A stretch of 64,000 bases of DNA. Origin: Octopus vulgaris (lineage: Eukaryota). Where the stretch lies: positions 24,242,001 through 24,306,000 of the forward strand of contig OX597840.1 of the NCBI GenBank assembly GCA_951406725.2. Direction: 5' to 3'. Below, piece after piece: positions 9,168-26,885 of the stretch. Numbering within the stretch: the stretch's first letter is position 1; the number at the start of each line of letters is the position of its first letter. Both the position numbers and the translations under genes were made by a program. A model generated the notes under the pieces. It was given only the letters and a program-made list of their open reading frames with translations. It was not told the DNA's origin and did no database searches.

Positions 9168-9900
9168 TTACTTTACTCTGCTATGTATTGAGTACCTTAT
9201 TTACTGTGATTAACCCCGACTCAACTCGGGACCTACATATATATATATATTGGTAAAACGGTAAGATAACAAAAGAAAGAAAGAGTTCTCAATATTATGT
9301 AAATAGAGGAAATTTATCTATAAAATAATATGTTACATTTACTCAATAGTCAAGATAAAACTCTGAGTTTCAGATGCCGAAGTGGAAATCCACAACACCA
9401 TCTCTTCGGTTATCTGGCCATCTGAAAAAACGCTATGAAAAAATACCGTTATATAAAGGGAAATTACTGTATTATAATTCTGCGCGCGAAAACCCACGTG
9501 CGTACTTATACGTCACTATGGAAACGTACACATCTTCACTCGCATTTTTCGCCAAATATATACGCATATATATACAGCCTCAAACACACACACATGCGTA
9601 CCGTAAAAGTTCATACATACGTCTATATACGCACAAACACAAGAAAAACCATGGTTAAAGGTAACAGAAAAAAAACATAAAGAAGTATACAAAGCATAAA
9701 AACCACGTTTATATACGAACATGCCCCTATGCACTCATACACACACACACGCCCATATATGTACATACCCGCACATATTTATATACGCATACATACACAC
9801 GCATATACAAAATATGAATATATATGTGCCCCCCCCACAAAAAAATGGAAAAATACTAAGTAAAAACGTCTATATATATATATACGTGCATTCTCATGCC

Positions 9901-9946
<46 letters not shown>

Positions 9947-10302
9947 TATATATGTATATACATATATATGCACATACACACACACAAAAGTTGGCGATTA
10001 CAAAGGAATTTCACAAGAATCATATATATAGTGGAAGCCGCTTATTGTGATCATTTCCGTACAACATTGGCCAACACCTAACAGATGACGTTAAACAAGT
10101 ATAAAGTCTGAACCAGTTAATTTTGATAACAATAACCGGCTGATAACGTTATCCGCTATTCCGATTGACCGCCACTCCATTCCTGCCCAGCCTAAATCAA
10201 TACACAATAAACTACGGCATTTCTATAAATCGCAGTATTTGCTATACAACGTCTTCAATCAGATCGTATTCCTCTCCAATATATATACATATATATATAA
10301 TA

Positions 10303-10410
10303 ACTTACCCCTGATGCTTAATAAATAAATAAATATTTATTTACTTTCGATTTCGTCTCCAAAGAATTGAGGAAACGTGACAAGCCGGAAGTAAGGTGCG
10401 TCATGTGACT
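10303..10410 (-). promoter_or_regulatory. Predicted exon 1 and promoter of gene 1; equivalents with CCGGAAGT at 20373, 30522, 48167, 57357
   Basis: CCGGAAGT (ETS/GABP-type) at 10385-10392 and GTCATGTGAC (USF/MiT-TFE-type E-box) at 10400-10409, about 80-100 bp from the donor. Confidence 0.55.
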
Positions 10411-10781
10411 TAGACTCTTTAATATATGAAACCACAAAGAGTGCTGCTGACACAAAAGCGAAACTAAGAAGGAAGGGGGAACGTAATATTGTTGTTGACT
10501 ATCACCATGGTTACTGTCTAAGCGGAAGGCGCATGGCTCGGTGGTTAGCGCATCGGGCTATCAATCGCGAGTTAGTGAGTTCGATTCCCTGGATCTTTTC
10601 GTTTTGACTGGCAGATTTTTAAAATAATTTCTTTGTAACTAAACACTTTTAAACTTAAGTACCAGTTATGCACTGGGGTCGATGTAATCAACTTAATCCC
10701 TCTGTCTGTCCTTGTCTGTTCCCTCCTATCTTTTCGGTTTGAACAGCAGTTTTTAACATACTTTCTAGGTAACTAAACACT

Positions 10782-11054
10782 TTTAAACTTCGTGTAATGG
10801 TAGAATTTGTTACATAAAACATCTTTTTCTCTTGGCTTTCTTGAGAAAATTCTGTAGTTTGTAAGCTACAATTATTGTTGTTGATAAACTACGGCAGATA
10901 TTGTATTCACCTCAATAGACGTCATTGATTGGTTGAAATTGCCGAAATGCAAGAAATTAAACAACAAATAGCTTACAAGCTACAGAATTTTCTCAAGAAA
11001 TCCAGGAGAAAAAGATGTTTTATAAATACATTCTACCAGTATACGAAGTTTAAA
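10782..11054. mobile_element. MITE-like element with ~85-bp inverted arms; copies at ~30918-31160 and 57755-57996
   Basis: tttaaacttcgt...ttcttgagaaaattctgtagtttgtaagcta is mirrored by tagcttacaagctacagaattttctcaagaaa...acgaagtttaaa; non-coding. Confidence 0.75.
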
Positions 11055-11139
11055 GAATAAGTCCTGGGGTCGATTTGATCGACTAAAGGCGGTGCTCCAG
11101 CATGGCCACAGTCACATGACTGAAACAAGTAAAAGAGTA

Positions 11140-11463
<324 letters not shown>

Positions 11464-11649
11464 AAGCAGTTCTTCCTTCGAAAAGGACGATTCTTTTCTT
11501 CAGCTTTAAAGCTTCCAACATGAATGTTGGTGGTGGTGGCCATGTTTATAGCAGTAAGGGTTGTCTTTACTTCTTTGTATCTTCTAAGGCCAGACTGGCA
11601 GGTTTCTGTGTGCGTTCAAGCGGAACAACTTCCTTTTCAGACAGATAGT

Positions 11650-12012
11650 GGAAGCATTCCGTCGGTTACGACGATGAAGGTTCCGGTTGATCCGAATCAA
11701 CGGAACAGCCTGCTCGTGAAATTAACGTGTAAGTGGCTGAGCACTCCACAGACACGTGTACCCTTAACGTAGTTCTCGGGGATATTCAGCGTGACACAGA
11801 GAGTGACAAGGCCGGCCCTTTGAAATACAGGTATAACAGAAACAGGAAGTAAGAGTGAGAGAAAGTTGTGGTGAAAGAGTACAGCAGGGATCACCCGCCC
11901 TCCTGGAGCCTTGTGGAGCTTTTAGGTGATTTCGCTCAATAAACACTCACAACGCCCGGTCTGGGAATCGAAACCGCGATCCTATGACCGCGAGTCCGCT
12001 GCCCTAACCACT
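11650..12012 (-). mobile_element. tRNA-derived SINE (same head as 8327-8706, different tail); copies at ~31697-32061 and 58528-58889
   Basis: Shared head/core (cgctcaataaacactcacaacgcccggtctgggaatcgaaaccgcg) joined to a distinct 3' body. Confidence 0.75.
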
Positions 12013-15000
12013 AAATAAAACACAAAAATACAAAGTAAATAATTTTAAAACTAAGTAAATAACACACAAAAATACAAAGTAAGGATCGACTAGTCATGAC
12101 TAGCTAGCGCGGATGCACGAGTACGCGAGTGCGCGCACCGGATTCACTCTTCTCAAGTAGTACCGATAGATAGACAGACAGAGATAGATAGATAAATAGA
12201 GATAGATAGGTAGACATATATAGATAAATAGACAGACAAATAGATGGATAAACGGATGGATGGATGGATAGATAGATAGGCACAGATATGCTATAGAAAT
12301 AAACTTTGACGTACGCACCTTGAAGTTTTCCAGTGTTAAAACTTTCTTTGGAAGTTGCACGTCATCTTCAGCAGGTGCTTTGTGTGTGTGTGTGTAGGCA
12401 GAGTACGGCCGAATGGTCAAGAAGATCCCTTAACAACCACGAGGTCCCTCGTTCTGTCCTACTGCGAGACACTTTCGGCAAATAACACTTTCTGCAGTGT
12501 CCAGTTGACCTGAATGAAATCGGACAGGGGGGAAGTGCTGAACCCAGGAATTCCAAAGAGGTCAGCTTCGGGTCGAAGGGGTTTTGTATGATTCCAGCGG
12601 AATCCTCGAAGACTCACGGGAATTGCGGAGCAGGGGATTCTGTTGGTCTTACACCTGAATCCTCAACGGCGAACGACGGGGATCCACGATGTATAAAAAT
12701 GTCTGTATAGGTATAGATAGAAATGGTGAGGATATTAAGAAATGGTTAATAGCAAAATGTGGGAAATAAAAAAATTGGAATGGGCAGTGAAAAGGAAAAC
12801 GAAACAGGGAAAGAAATTATGTAACTTTGTTTAAGTAATTTTTTTTAGTCCTTCCTTTTTTCTGAGTTGTGCGTTAGATATGAAATCATTCGTATCTAAT
12901 TCCGGTCTCCTAATAATTATCAGTTATAACGTGGAATTGATCAAGGAATAAAGATTTGTATGAAACTATAGCAGGAAATAAACGGAATTTGCAAGACTGA
13001 ACGGTTAATGGACGAGGGGAAGTAACTCTTCCTTCAACAAAAGTCCTGAATATTTTTGTTTGGCTTCGGGTTTAAATGACAATTAATTAATTCAACAAAT
13101 TGTTAGAAAGGATCACTAAAGTACAGCCCCCAAAATTACTGCAGGGCTTGATGACCGCCTCAAGAACCCAGTTTCCACAAAAACTTTTTGCTGGGAGCTG
13201 CACAAAGCCAGATTTCAAGGGAGGGCTGCAATCAGAAAACCACTACTTTCAAAAACAAACGTTGCAAAGCGTTTACAGTGGAGTAAAAACCTACAGAATT
13301 GGTCCCTAGAGCAGTGGAAGAATGTTATTTTCTAGGACGAGTCATCCATTACGTTATTTCCGACCACCGGCCGAGTATACGTGTGAAGAGAGCCAAAAGA
13401 AGCATTTGACCCAGACTGCCTTCTTCCAACTGTTAAACATGGAGGAGGATCTGTAATGATCTGGGGAGCTATATCTTGGAAATCTGCCAGCCCAATGGTT
13501 TCCCTTCATGGCAGAATTAATAGTCAAGACTATTTAAGCATTTTATCTGATCAAATTCATCCTATGGTTGCGGCACCAATTCACACGGCTAAAGCTGTCA
13601 TTGAATGGCACGAGGAACATTCATCAACCGTTTCAAAGTAAACATTAGTCCTTGCTCTTTTTAACACAATAACTCCTGGTATTTCATATACAGCAGATCT
13701 TTCCTTCTATGTTTCCGACGAAGAGCTCTGCTCGAAACGTTAAACCCTCCATCTTTTCTGAGCATCCAATAATACTATATTTCTTCCACGTCCTCGCGTT
13801 GTTGTGTTTTTTTTTTTTTGTGCTTTCTCTTTTGGATTAACTATATATATATATATAACCGATTGTGGACGCTGCCAGACTCCCCTGGCACCTGTGCCGG
13901 TGGCATGTAAAAAATACCCACTACACATGCAGAGCTGTTTATGTTAGGAAGGGCATCCAGCTGTAAAAACACTGCCAGATCAGACTGGGCCTGGTGCAGC
14001 CTCCTGGCTTCCCAGACCCCGGTCGAACCGTCCAACCCGTGCTAGCATGGAAAACTGACGTTAAACGATGATCATGATGATGATATATATACAAATTAAA
14101 ATCCAGGAAACACATAAGTAGCATTAATATAGTTTATTCACTGCAAAAATTCAACATGTACACTTACAGCTGTTTCGATTTTGCTCAAAAGAAATTCCAA
14201 TAATTAAAACATTTAATTGGGCAAAATCTCATCAGAGGAATGAAAAAGCAAGCCCATAGCAATATCATATCTTCTCCGCTATTTCAGTATTACATGTTAA
14301 AAGTGAAACAAAAATATTTCTCTATTTTATGTCAGATGCTTTCAATTTAACAATAAAAATAATAATAACAATTGAATTATATGCAGTAAGTAATAATTAA
14401 AATCAAACTAAAGTATAATATAATCGTAACATACAAAAGTAAAAATAGCATCAATGATATGAACTTGAATAAGTGGTTTCACATGAATGGGAATAAATTA
14501 AAAATATAATTAGCGTGCAGAAATGGAATAGTCCAGATGGATAATACAAAATTAAATTAAAGAAAAGACTATTGTCTATAAAGTATACAATGTAGAGAAA
14601 AAAGAAGAGCTAACAATTCCAGTCTGTTATATATTTTGAGTATTGTTATCACTAGCGACATCAAGATATAACTTTGTATTTTGCATTTTATGTGTAGATG
14701 TATATAGATAGATGTATATGTAATATGTACACATATATACATGCACTAGCACTATGACCCGGCAACGACGGGTCTTTAATGCTAATTGGTAAATAAATGG
14801 TAGATAGTGAGTTATATTTCTCACTATAATTATTTTATAATGTATCGATTTAATTATTTTGTAATTTATCTATATCAGTTCAATCAATTTCTTTAACAAA
14901 GTTATAAATGTGATCACGTTGTTCTCTCATTCATATGATACTATTTTTACTATAACTCACTAATCTAACATTTATTTAATGCGGTTTCGATTCTCAGACC

Positions 15001-15501
15001 GGGCGTTGTGTGTGTTTATTGAGCGAAAACACCTAAAGCTCCAGGAGGCTCCGGCAGGGGGTGGTGGCGATCTCTGCTGTACTCTTTCTTCCTGTTTCTT
15101 GAGTAATGCTGCGATGGACTGGCGTCCTGTCCAGCTGGTGGTGTAACACATATCCCACAGAAACCGGGCCCATGAGCCTGGCTAGGTTTGTAAAGGGCGC
15201 ATAAATAAATAAAAATAATAAATATACTGGCATATAATAAAACTGTGTAAGAGAATAATTTACCACAACTCAATTGCAAGAAGCACTTCCATCAAGTTAA
15301 GCTATTTATTCGAGAGAATGATTTAATAGAGGTGCAGGAGTGGCTGTGTGGTAAGTAGCTAGCTAACCAACCACATGGTTCCGGGTTCAGACAGACTGCG
15401 TGGCATCTTGGGCAAGTGTCTTCTGCTATAGCCCCGGGCCGACCAAAGCCTTGTGAGTGGATTTGGTAGACGGAAAATGAAAGAAGCCTGTCGTATATAT
15501 G

Positions 15502-15534
<33 letters not shown>

Positions 15535-15775
15535 GCATGTGTTTGTGTGTCTGTGTTTGTTCACCTAGCATTGCTTGTCAATCGATGCTGGTGTGTTACG
15601 TCCCCGTTACTTAGTGGTTCAGCAAAAGAGACTGATAGAATAAGTACTGGACTTACAAAGAATAAGTCCTGGGGTCGATTTGCTCAACTAAAGGCGGTGC
15701 TCCAGCATGGCCGCAGTCAAATGACTGAAACAAGTAAAAGAGAGAGAGAGAGAGAGTAATAGAATTATCACAGAG

Positions 15776-17893
15776 TTATGGTTTCTTTCCTGCGTGGATA
15801 TGTTTGTGAGTAGTTAAGTTACCTTTTTGAGAGAAAGATTTTTCACATACATCACAGTGATAAGGCTTCTCTCCTGTGTGAATGTGTTTGTGAGAAATTA
15901 AGGTATGGTTCTGAGAGAAGGATTTACCACAGATATCACAATGATATGGTTTCTCTCCTGTGTGAACACGTTTGTGTTTGATTAATACATCGCTGTGTGA
16001 AAAAGACTTTCCACAGATATCACAGTGATAGGGTTTCTCACCTGTATGAATGCGCATGTGAGTAATTAAATGATGATTCAGAGAGAATGATTTACCACAG
16101 ATATCACAATGATAAGGTTTCTCTCCTGTGTGAATGTATTTGTGAGTAATTAAATGATGATTCAGAGAGAATGATTTACCACAGATATCACAATGATAAG
16201 GTTTCTCTCCTGTGTGAATGTATTTGTGAGTAGTTAACTGGTGATTACGAGAGAATGATTGGCCACAGGTACCACACTGATATGGTTTCTCACCTGTATG
16301 AATACGTTTGTGCGTCCATAGGTTTTGATTGTGAGAGAATGATTTACCACAGATATCACAATGATATGGTTTCTCTCCTGTATGAATACGTTTATGGTTA
16401 GTTAAGGCATAGCTCTGTGAAAACGATTTACCACAGATATCACAGTTACATGGAATTTCTCCTGTATGAATACGCATGTGTCTAGTCAATATAACATTCT
16501 GAGAGAATGATTCTCCACAGATATCACAATGATATGGTTTCTCTCCAGTGTGAATGTATTTGTGAGTATTTAGGTGGTGATTTCGAGAGAATGATTTACC
16601 ACAGATAGAACACTGATAAGGTTTCTCTCCTGTGTGAATGTATTTGTGAGTATTTAAGTGGTGATTTCGAGAGAATGATTTACCACAGATAGAACACTGA
16701 TAAGGTTTCTCTCCTGTGTGAATACGTTTGTGAGTGATTAGGTCACTACTTCCAGAGAATGATTTACCACAGATATCACAATGATATGGTTTCTCTCCTG
16801 TGTGAATGTATTTGTGTTTAGTTAAGTTGCGATTTTGAGAGAATGATTTACCACAGATATCACAATGATATGGTTTCTCTCCTGTGTGAATGTATTTGTG
16901 AGTAGTTAAGTGGTGATTCTGAGAGAATGATTCTCCACAGATATCACACTGATAAGGTTTCTCTCCTGTATGAATACGTTTGTGAGTGGTTAGGTCGCCA
17001 TTTCTAGAGAATGATTTACCACAGATATCACAGCTATATGGTTTTTCTCCCGTATGAATATGCATGTGTGTAGTCAACAAATCATTCTGAGAGAATGATT
17101 GACCACATATATCACAATGATAAGGTTTCTCTCCTGTGTGAATGTATTTGTGTTTAGTTAGGTTTTGATTCTGAGAGAATGATTTACCACAGATATCACA
17201 GTGATAAGGTTTCTCTCCTGTGTGAATGTATTTGTGAATAGTTAAGTGGTGATTACGAGAGAATGATTTACCACAGATATCACACTGATATTGTTTGTCT
17301 CCTGTATGAATACGTTTGTGTGTGGTTAGGTTGCTATTTCCAGAGAATGATTTACCACAGATATCACAGTGATAAGGTTTCTCTCCTGTATGAATACGTT
17401 TGTGAGTAGTTAAGCTGTAATTATGAGAGAATGATTTACCACAGATATCACACTGATATTGTTTCTCTCCTGTATGAATACGTTTGTGAGTGGTTAGGTT
17501 GCTATTTCCAGAGAATGATTTACCACAGATATCGCAATGATGTGACTTAACCAGAATGTGGATGCATTTGTGAATAGCTAAGCTATGATTCTGAGAGAAT
17601 GATTTACCACAGGTATTACAGCGATACGGCTCGACACCTGCGTGAATGTGTTTATGTGTGGTCAAACGAACCTTTTCAGAGAATGATTTACCACAGATGT
17701 CACAGCGATAGAGATCCTCTCCTGCAGGGAAACATTTGTGCATCGTCTGTTCGTCTTTGAGAAAGAAGGACTTGTTGCAGACATCACAGTGAAATGATGT
17801 TTTCTCTTCTTCTTCTGTTTCATCTTCAGTAAAATCAATCCTTAACGACTGTGTATTACAATTAACCTCGTTATCACGTAATTCATTTTCCAT
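15776..17893 (-). CDS. C2H2 zinc-finger protein, gene 2 (705 aa, 24 finger units, only copy open to the ancestral C-terminus)
   Basis: Uninterrupted ORF from MENELRD to HAGKKP*. Confidence 0.93.
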   Translation of the reverse strand: MENELRDNEVNCNTQSLRIDFTEDETEEEEKTSFHCDVCNKSFFLKDEQTMHKCFPAGEDLYRCDICGKSFSEKVRLTTHKHIHAGVEPYRCNTCGKSFSQNHSLAIHKCIHILVKSHHCDICGKSFSGNSNLTTHKRIHTGEKQYQCDICGKSFSHNYSLTTHKRIHTGEKPYHCDICGKSFSGNSNLTTHKRIHTGDKQYQCDICGKSFSRNHHLTIHKYIHTGEKPYHCDICGKSFSQNQNLTKHKYIHTGEKPYHCDICGQSFSQNDLLTTHMHIHTGEKPYSCDICGKSFSRNGDLTTHKRIHTGEKPYQCDICGESFSQNHHLTTHKYIHTGEKPYHCDICGKSFSQNRNLTKHKYIHTGEKPYHCDICGKSFSGSSDLITHKRIHTGEKPYQCSICGKSFSRNHHLNTHKYIHTGEKPYQCSICGKSFSRNHHLNTHKYIHTGEKPYHCDICGESFSQNVILTRHMRIHTGEIPCNCDICGKSFSQSYALTNHKRIHTGEKPYHCDICGKSFSHNQNLWTHKRIHTGEKPYQCGTCGQSFSRNHQLTTHKYIHTGEKPYHCDICGKSFSLNHHLITHKYIHTGEKPYHCDICGKSFSLNHHLITHMRIHTGEKPYHCDICGKSFSHSDVLIKHKRVHTGEKPYHCDICGKSFSQNHTLISHKHIHTGEKPYHCDVCEKSFSQKGNLTTHKHIHAGKKP

Positions 17894-20800
17894 TTTTTTC
17901 TCCTCTCACCACAAAGTCCAAATATTTTTCTTTTTTTTTTCTTCTTTTTTTATATTCTATTCCCCAGTTATTTCTGTTGCTTGAAATGCTTAGCGGAATT
18001 TCGTCTGTCTTTTTGTTCTGAGTTCAAATTCCACTGAGGTCGACTTTGCCTTTCATCCTCTCTGGGTCAATAAATAAAGTACCAGTTTCACACTAGGGTA
18101 GATATAATCGACTTAATCCCTTTGTCTGTCCTTATTTGTCCCCTCTATGTTTAGTCCCTTGTGGGTAGTAAAGAAATAGGTATTTCGTCTGTCGTTACGT
18201 TCTGAGTTCAAATTCCACTGAGGTCAACTTTGCCTTTCATCCTTTCGGGGTCGATAAATAAAGTACCAGTTTCACACTGGGGTAGATATAATCGACTTAA
18301 TACCTTTGTCTGTCCTTGTTTGTCCCCTCTATGTTTAGCCCCCTAGTGGGCAATAAAGAAATATATATTTCCATCAACTGTAATCATTGTCAATATCTGA
18401 GGGGCTGCCAATTCCTTTGCAATCCAGGTTTAATTAGAATACAGGATTGGTTTTCTTGCACCCATTCCAGGAAGTAAAGTACAGAAATGCTGCTAATAAT
18501 CACACACCCAAAGAAAATCTTTTACAATTCTATAATCGATTTATATAAACAGGGTAATATTTCTTCTGTGTAGCATCTTAGTTTCATCTTAAAGAATATA
18601 TTATATATATTCATGATGTGTTCGATGTAAAATCTTCTTTTATGCTAAGTATCCTCTCTGATACTCTGAAATAAAAAAGAAATAATATGAGATATAGAAT
18701 ATACTTGAAAAGTAAAGATTAAATAATGAAAATTTTATTACGTTTTAATACTGATAAACTGGAGATATAAACCTTTAGCTGGCCAAATAAACGTTAATAC
18801 GTCAGTCTAACAAACAAACAAGGAGATTATAAGGTAGTCATGGGATGTGCTAAAAATAATAGCTAAATAGCTCTTAAATCACGCAGCAATTTTAAAAATT
18901 TTGTTTTGGTTTTTGCACAATCCTATGAATTACAAATTCGCAAATTCTAAAAGTTCCCAAAAGTTTTGAACCAACAAAGAATTTACGATTTACATCTGCT
19001 GTTTGTTTGTTGAGCGAAGCGGTCTTCGTCCCAGAGCTCGCAAGATGGAAGAAGTCGGAAACGCGGTCCTTTGCTATTCGTAAGACCTGCAGAGGAGAAA
19101 GCAGGTCAGTACTAGAACTGTTTCATTCAGTTGAAACAGTTCTAGTCCTGTAGAAGCTCCTTCTATAAAATAAATTACTTTTCTCTGCTATGTATTGAGT
19201 ACCTTATTTACTGTGGTTAACCCCGACTCAACCCGGGACCTACATATATACATATATATATAAATATATATGTATATATATAGGTGTATACATATTGGTA
19301 AAACGGTAAGATAACAAAAGAAAGAAAGAAAGAGACCTCAATATTATGTAAATAGAGGAAATTTATCTATAAAATAATATGTTACATTTACTCAATAGTA
19401 AAGATAAAACTCCGAGTTTCAGATGCCGAAGTGGAAATCCACAACACCATCTCTTCGGTTATCTGGCCATCTGAAAAAACGCTATGAAAAAATACCGTTA
19501 TATAAAGGGAAATTACTGTATTATAATTCTGCGCGCGAAAACCCACGTGCGAAAACCCAAATATATACGCATATATATACAGCCTCATACACACACACAC
19601 ATGCGTACCGAAAAAGTTCATACATACGTCTATATACGCACAAACACAAGAAAAACCATGGTTAAAGGTAACAGAAAAAAAAACATAAGGAAGTATACAA
19701 AGCATAAAAACCACGTTCATATACGGACATGCCCCTATGCACTCATACACACACACACACCCATATATGTACATACCGGCACATATTTATATACGCATAC
19801 ATACACACGCATATACAAAAAATGAATATATATATGCCCCCCCCCTCGCTAAAAATGGAAAAATACTAAGTAAAAACGTCTATATATATATATGTGCATT
19901 CTTATACCCGCACACATATATATATATATAGACATATATATGTATATACATATATATGCACATACACACACAAAAAAGTTGGCGATTACAAAGGAATTTC
20001 ACAAGAATCATATATATAGTGGAAGCCGCTTATTGTGATCATTTCAGTACAGCATTGGCCAACACCTAACAGATGACGTTAAACAAATATAAAGTCTGAA
20101 CCAATTGATTTTGATAACAATAACCGGCTGATAACGTTATCCGCTATTCCGATTGACCGCCACTCCATTCCTGCCCAGCCTACATCAATACACAACAAAC
20201 TACGGCATTTCTATAAATCGCAGTATTTGCTATACAACGTCTTCAATCAGATCGTATTCCTCTCCAATATATATACATATATATATAATAACTTACCCCT
20301 GATGCTTAATAAATAAATAAATATTTATTTACTTTCGATTTCGTCTCCAAAGAATTGAGGAAACGTGACAAGCCGGAAGTAAGGTTCGTCATGTGACTTA
20401 GACTCTTTAATATATGAAACCACAAAGAGTGCTGCCGACACAAAAGCGAAACTAAGAAGGAAGGGGGAACGTAATATTGTTGTTGACTATCACCATGGTT
20501 ACTGTCTAAGCGGAAGGCGCATGGCTCGGTGGTTAGCGCATCGGGCTATCAATCGCGAGTTAGTGAGTTCGATTCCCTGGATCTTTTCGCTGTTCCACGT
20601 TGCCAGCGGAATCCTCGGCGACTCACGGGAATTCCGGAGCAGGGGATTCAGTTGGTCTTACACCTGAATCCTCATCGGCGAACGACGGGGATCCACGATG
20701 TATAAAAATGTCTGTATAGGTATAGATGGAAATGGTGAGGATATTAAGATATGGTTAATAGCAAAATGTGGGAAGTAAAAAAATTGGAATGGACCGTCGA

Positions 20801-23800
20801 AAGGAAAACGAAACAGTGAAAGAAATTATATAACTTTGTTTAAGTAATTTTTTTTAGTCCTTCCTTTTTTCTGAGTTGTGCGTTAGATATGAAATCATTC
20901 GTATCTAATTCCGGTCTCCTAATAATTATCAGTTATAAAGTGGAATTGATCAAGGAATAAAGATTTGTATGAAGCTATAGCAGGAAATAAACGGAATTTG
21001 CAAGACTGAACGGTTAATGGACGAGGGGAAGTAACTCTTCCTTCAACAAAAGTCCTCAATATTTTTATTTAGCTTCGGGTTTAAATGACAATTAATTAAT
21101 TCAGCAAATTGTTAGAAACGATCACAAAAGTACAGCCCCCAAAATTACTGCAGGGCTTAATGACCGCCTCAAGTATCCAGTTTCCACAAAAACTTTTTGC
21201 TGGGAGCTGCACAAAGCCAGATTTCAAGGAAGGGCTGCAATCAGAAAACCACTACTTTCAAAAACAAACGTTGCAAAGCGTTTAGAGTGGAGTAAAAACC
21301 TACAGAAATGGTCCCTAGAGCAGTGGAAGAATGTTATTTTCTAGGACGAGTCATCCTTTACCTTATTTCCGACCACCGGCCGAGTATACGTGTGAAGAGA
21401 GCCAAAAGAAGCATTTGACCCAGACTGCCTTCTTCCAACTGTTAAACATGGAGGAGGATCTGTAATGATCTGGGGAGCTATATCTTGGATATCTGCCAGC
21501 CCAATGGTTCCCCTTCATGGCAGAATTAATAGTCAAGACTATTTAAGCATTTTATCTGATCAAATTCATCCTATGGTTGTGGATCTGCTTCTGGAGGGAA
21601 ACACAAGCTTTCAGGATGATAATGCAACAATTCACACAGCTAAAGTTGTCACTGAATGGCACGAGGAACATTCATCAACCGTTTCAAAGTAAACATTAGT
21701 CCTTGCTCTTTTTAACACAATAACTCCTGGTATTTCATATACAGCAGATCTTTCCTTCTCCTATGTTTGCGACGAAGAGCTCCGCTCGAAATGTTAAACC
21801 CTCCTTTCCTGAGCGTCCAATAATACTATATTTGTTCCACGTCCTCGCATTGTTGGGCTTTTTTTGTGCTTTCTTGTTTGGATTAACTATATATATATAT
21901 ATATATATAACCGATTGTGGCCGCTGCCAGACTCCCCTGGCACCTGTGCCGGTGGCTTGTAAAAAACACCCACTACACTCGCGGAGTGGTTGGTGTTAGC
22001 AAGGGCATCCAGCTGTAGAAACACTGCCAGTCAGACTGGGCCTGGTACAGCCTCCTGGCTTCCCAGACCCCGGTCGAACCGTCTAACCCGTGCTTGCACG
22101 GAAAACGAACGTTAAACGATGATCATGATGATATATATAGAAATTAAAATCCAGGAAACAGAGAAGTAGCATTAATATAGTTTATTAACTGCAAAAATTC
22201 AACATGTACACTTACAGCTGTTTCGATTTTGCTCAAAAGAAATTCCAATAATTAAAACATTTAATTGGGCAAAACCTCATCAGAGGAATGAAAATGACAT
22301 ATCGTTAGGTTATCACATGTTACTCTTCCAAAACATCTCAACAGACAAAAACTTTTTTTTAATTACTAATATTGGTATAAATCTTGGCCAGTGGGTAACA
22401 GGTTGTATAAGGGTAATAATCTTTATATATATAAAACTGAGAATGTGTGTCTGTCTGTCTGTGTGTTTCCCTGAAACTTGAGAACTACACAACCAATTTC
22501 ATTCAAATTTTACACATGCCTTACTTACGGCCCATGTAGTTTTATGGGCAAAAAAAATGTTCAACTTCTTGCCTAGAGGAAGCCCATAGCAATATCATAT
22601 TTTCTCCACTATTTCAGTATTACATGTTAAAAGTGAAACAAAAATTTTTCTCTCTTTTATGTCAGATGCTTTCACTTTAACAACAAAAATAATAATAACA
22701 ATTGAATTATATGTAGTAAGTAATAATTAAAATCAAACTAAAGTATAATATAATCGTAGCATACAAAAGTAAAAATAGCAATTGGTATAAAATTGCATCA
22801 ATGATTTGAACTTGAATAAGTGGTTTCACATGAATGGGAGTAAAGTAAAAATATAATTAGCGTGCAGAAATGGAATAGTCCAGATGGATAATACAAAATT
22901 AAATTAAAGAAAAGACTATTGTCTATAAGGTATACAATGTAGAGAAAAAAGAAGAGCTAACAATTCCAGTCTGTTATATATTTTGAGTATTGTTATCACT
23001 AGCGATATCAAGATATAACTTTGTATTTTGCATTTTATGTGTAGATGTATATAGATAGATGTACATGTAATATGTACACATATATAAATGAACTAGCACA
23101 ATGACCCGGCAACGACGGGTCTTTAATGCTAGTTGGTAAATAAATGGTAGATAGTGAGTTATATTTCTCACTATAATTATTTTATAATGTATCGATTTAA
23201 TTATTTTGTAATTTATCTATATCAGTTCAATCAATTTCTTTAACAAAGTTATAAATGTGATCACGTTGTTCTCTCATTCATATGATACTATTTTTACTAT
23301 AACTCACTAATCTAACATTTATTTAATGCGGTTTCGATTCCCAGACCGGGCGTTGTGTGTGTTTATTGAGCGAAAACACCTAAAGCTCCAGGAGGCTCCG
23401 GCAGGGGGTGGTGGCGATCTCTGCTGTACTCTTTCTTCCTGTTTCTTGAGTAATGCTGCGATGGACTGGCGTCCTGTCCAGCTGGTGGTGTAACACATAT
23501 CCCACAGAAACCGGGCCCATGAGCCTGGCTAGGTTTGTAAAGGGCGCATAAATAAATAAAAATAATAAATATACTGGCATTTAATAAAACTGTGTAAGAG
23601 AATAATTTACCACAACTCAATTGCAAGAAGCACTTCCATCAAGTTAAGCTATTTATTCGAGAGAATGATTTAATAGAGGTGCAGGAGTGGCTGTGTGGTA
23701 AATAGCTTGCTAACCAACCACATGGTTCCGGGTTCAGTCACACTGTGTGGCATCTTGTGCAAGTGTCTTCTGTTATAGCCCCAGGCCGACCAAAGCCTTG

Positions 23801-24112
23801 TAAGTGGATTTGGTAGACGGAAACTGAAAGAAGCCTGTCGTATATATGTATACATATATATGTATATATGTGCATGTGTTTGTGTGTCTGTGTTTGTCCC
23901 CCTAGCATTGCTTGTCAATCGATGCTGGTGTGTTACGTCCCTGTTACTTAGTGGTTCAGCAAAAGAGACTGATAGAATAAGTACTGGACTTACAAAGAAT
24001 AAGTCCTGGGGTCGATTTGCTCAACTAAAGGCGGTGCTCCAGCATGGACGCTGTCAAATGACTGAAACAAGTAAAAGAGAGAGAGAGAGGGAGTAATAGA
24101 ATTATCACAGTG

Positions 24113-26885
<2,773 letters not shown>

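Larger units (their letters stand above)
7990..10308 (-). other. Predicted intron 1 (5' UTR intron) of gene 1; equivalents at 18666-20296, 27664-30445, 46408-48090, 54714-57280
   Basis: GTAAGT donor at 10308-10303 and polypyrimidine acceptor TTCTTTTTTATTTCAG ending at 7990. The acceptor is kept in all six genes and the donor in all but gene 4. No transcript evidence. Confidence 0.6.
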
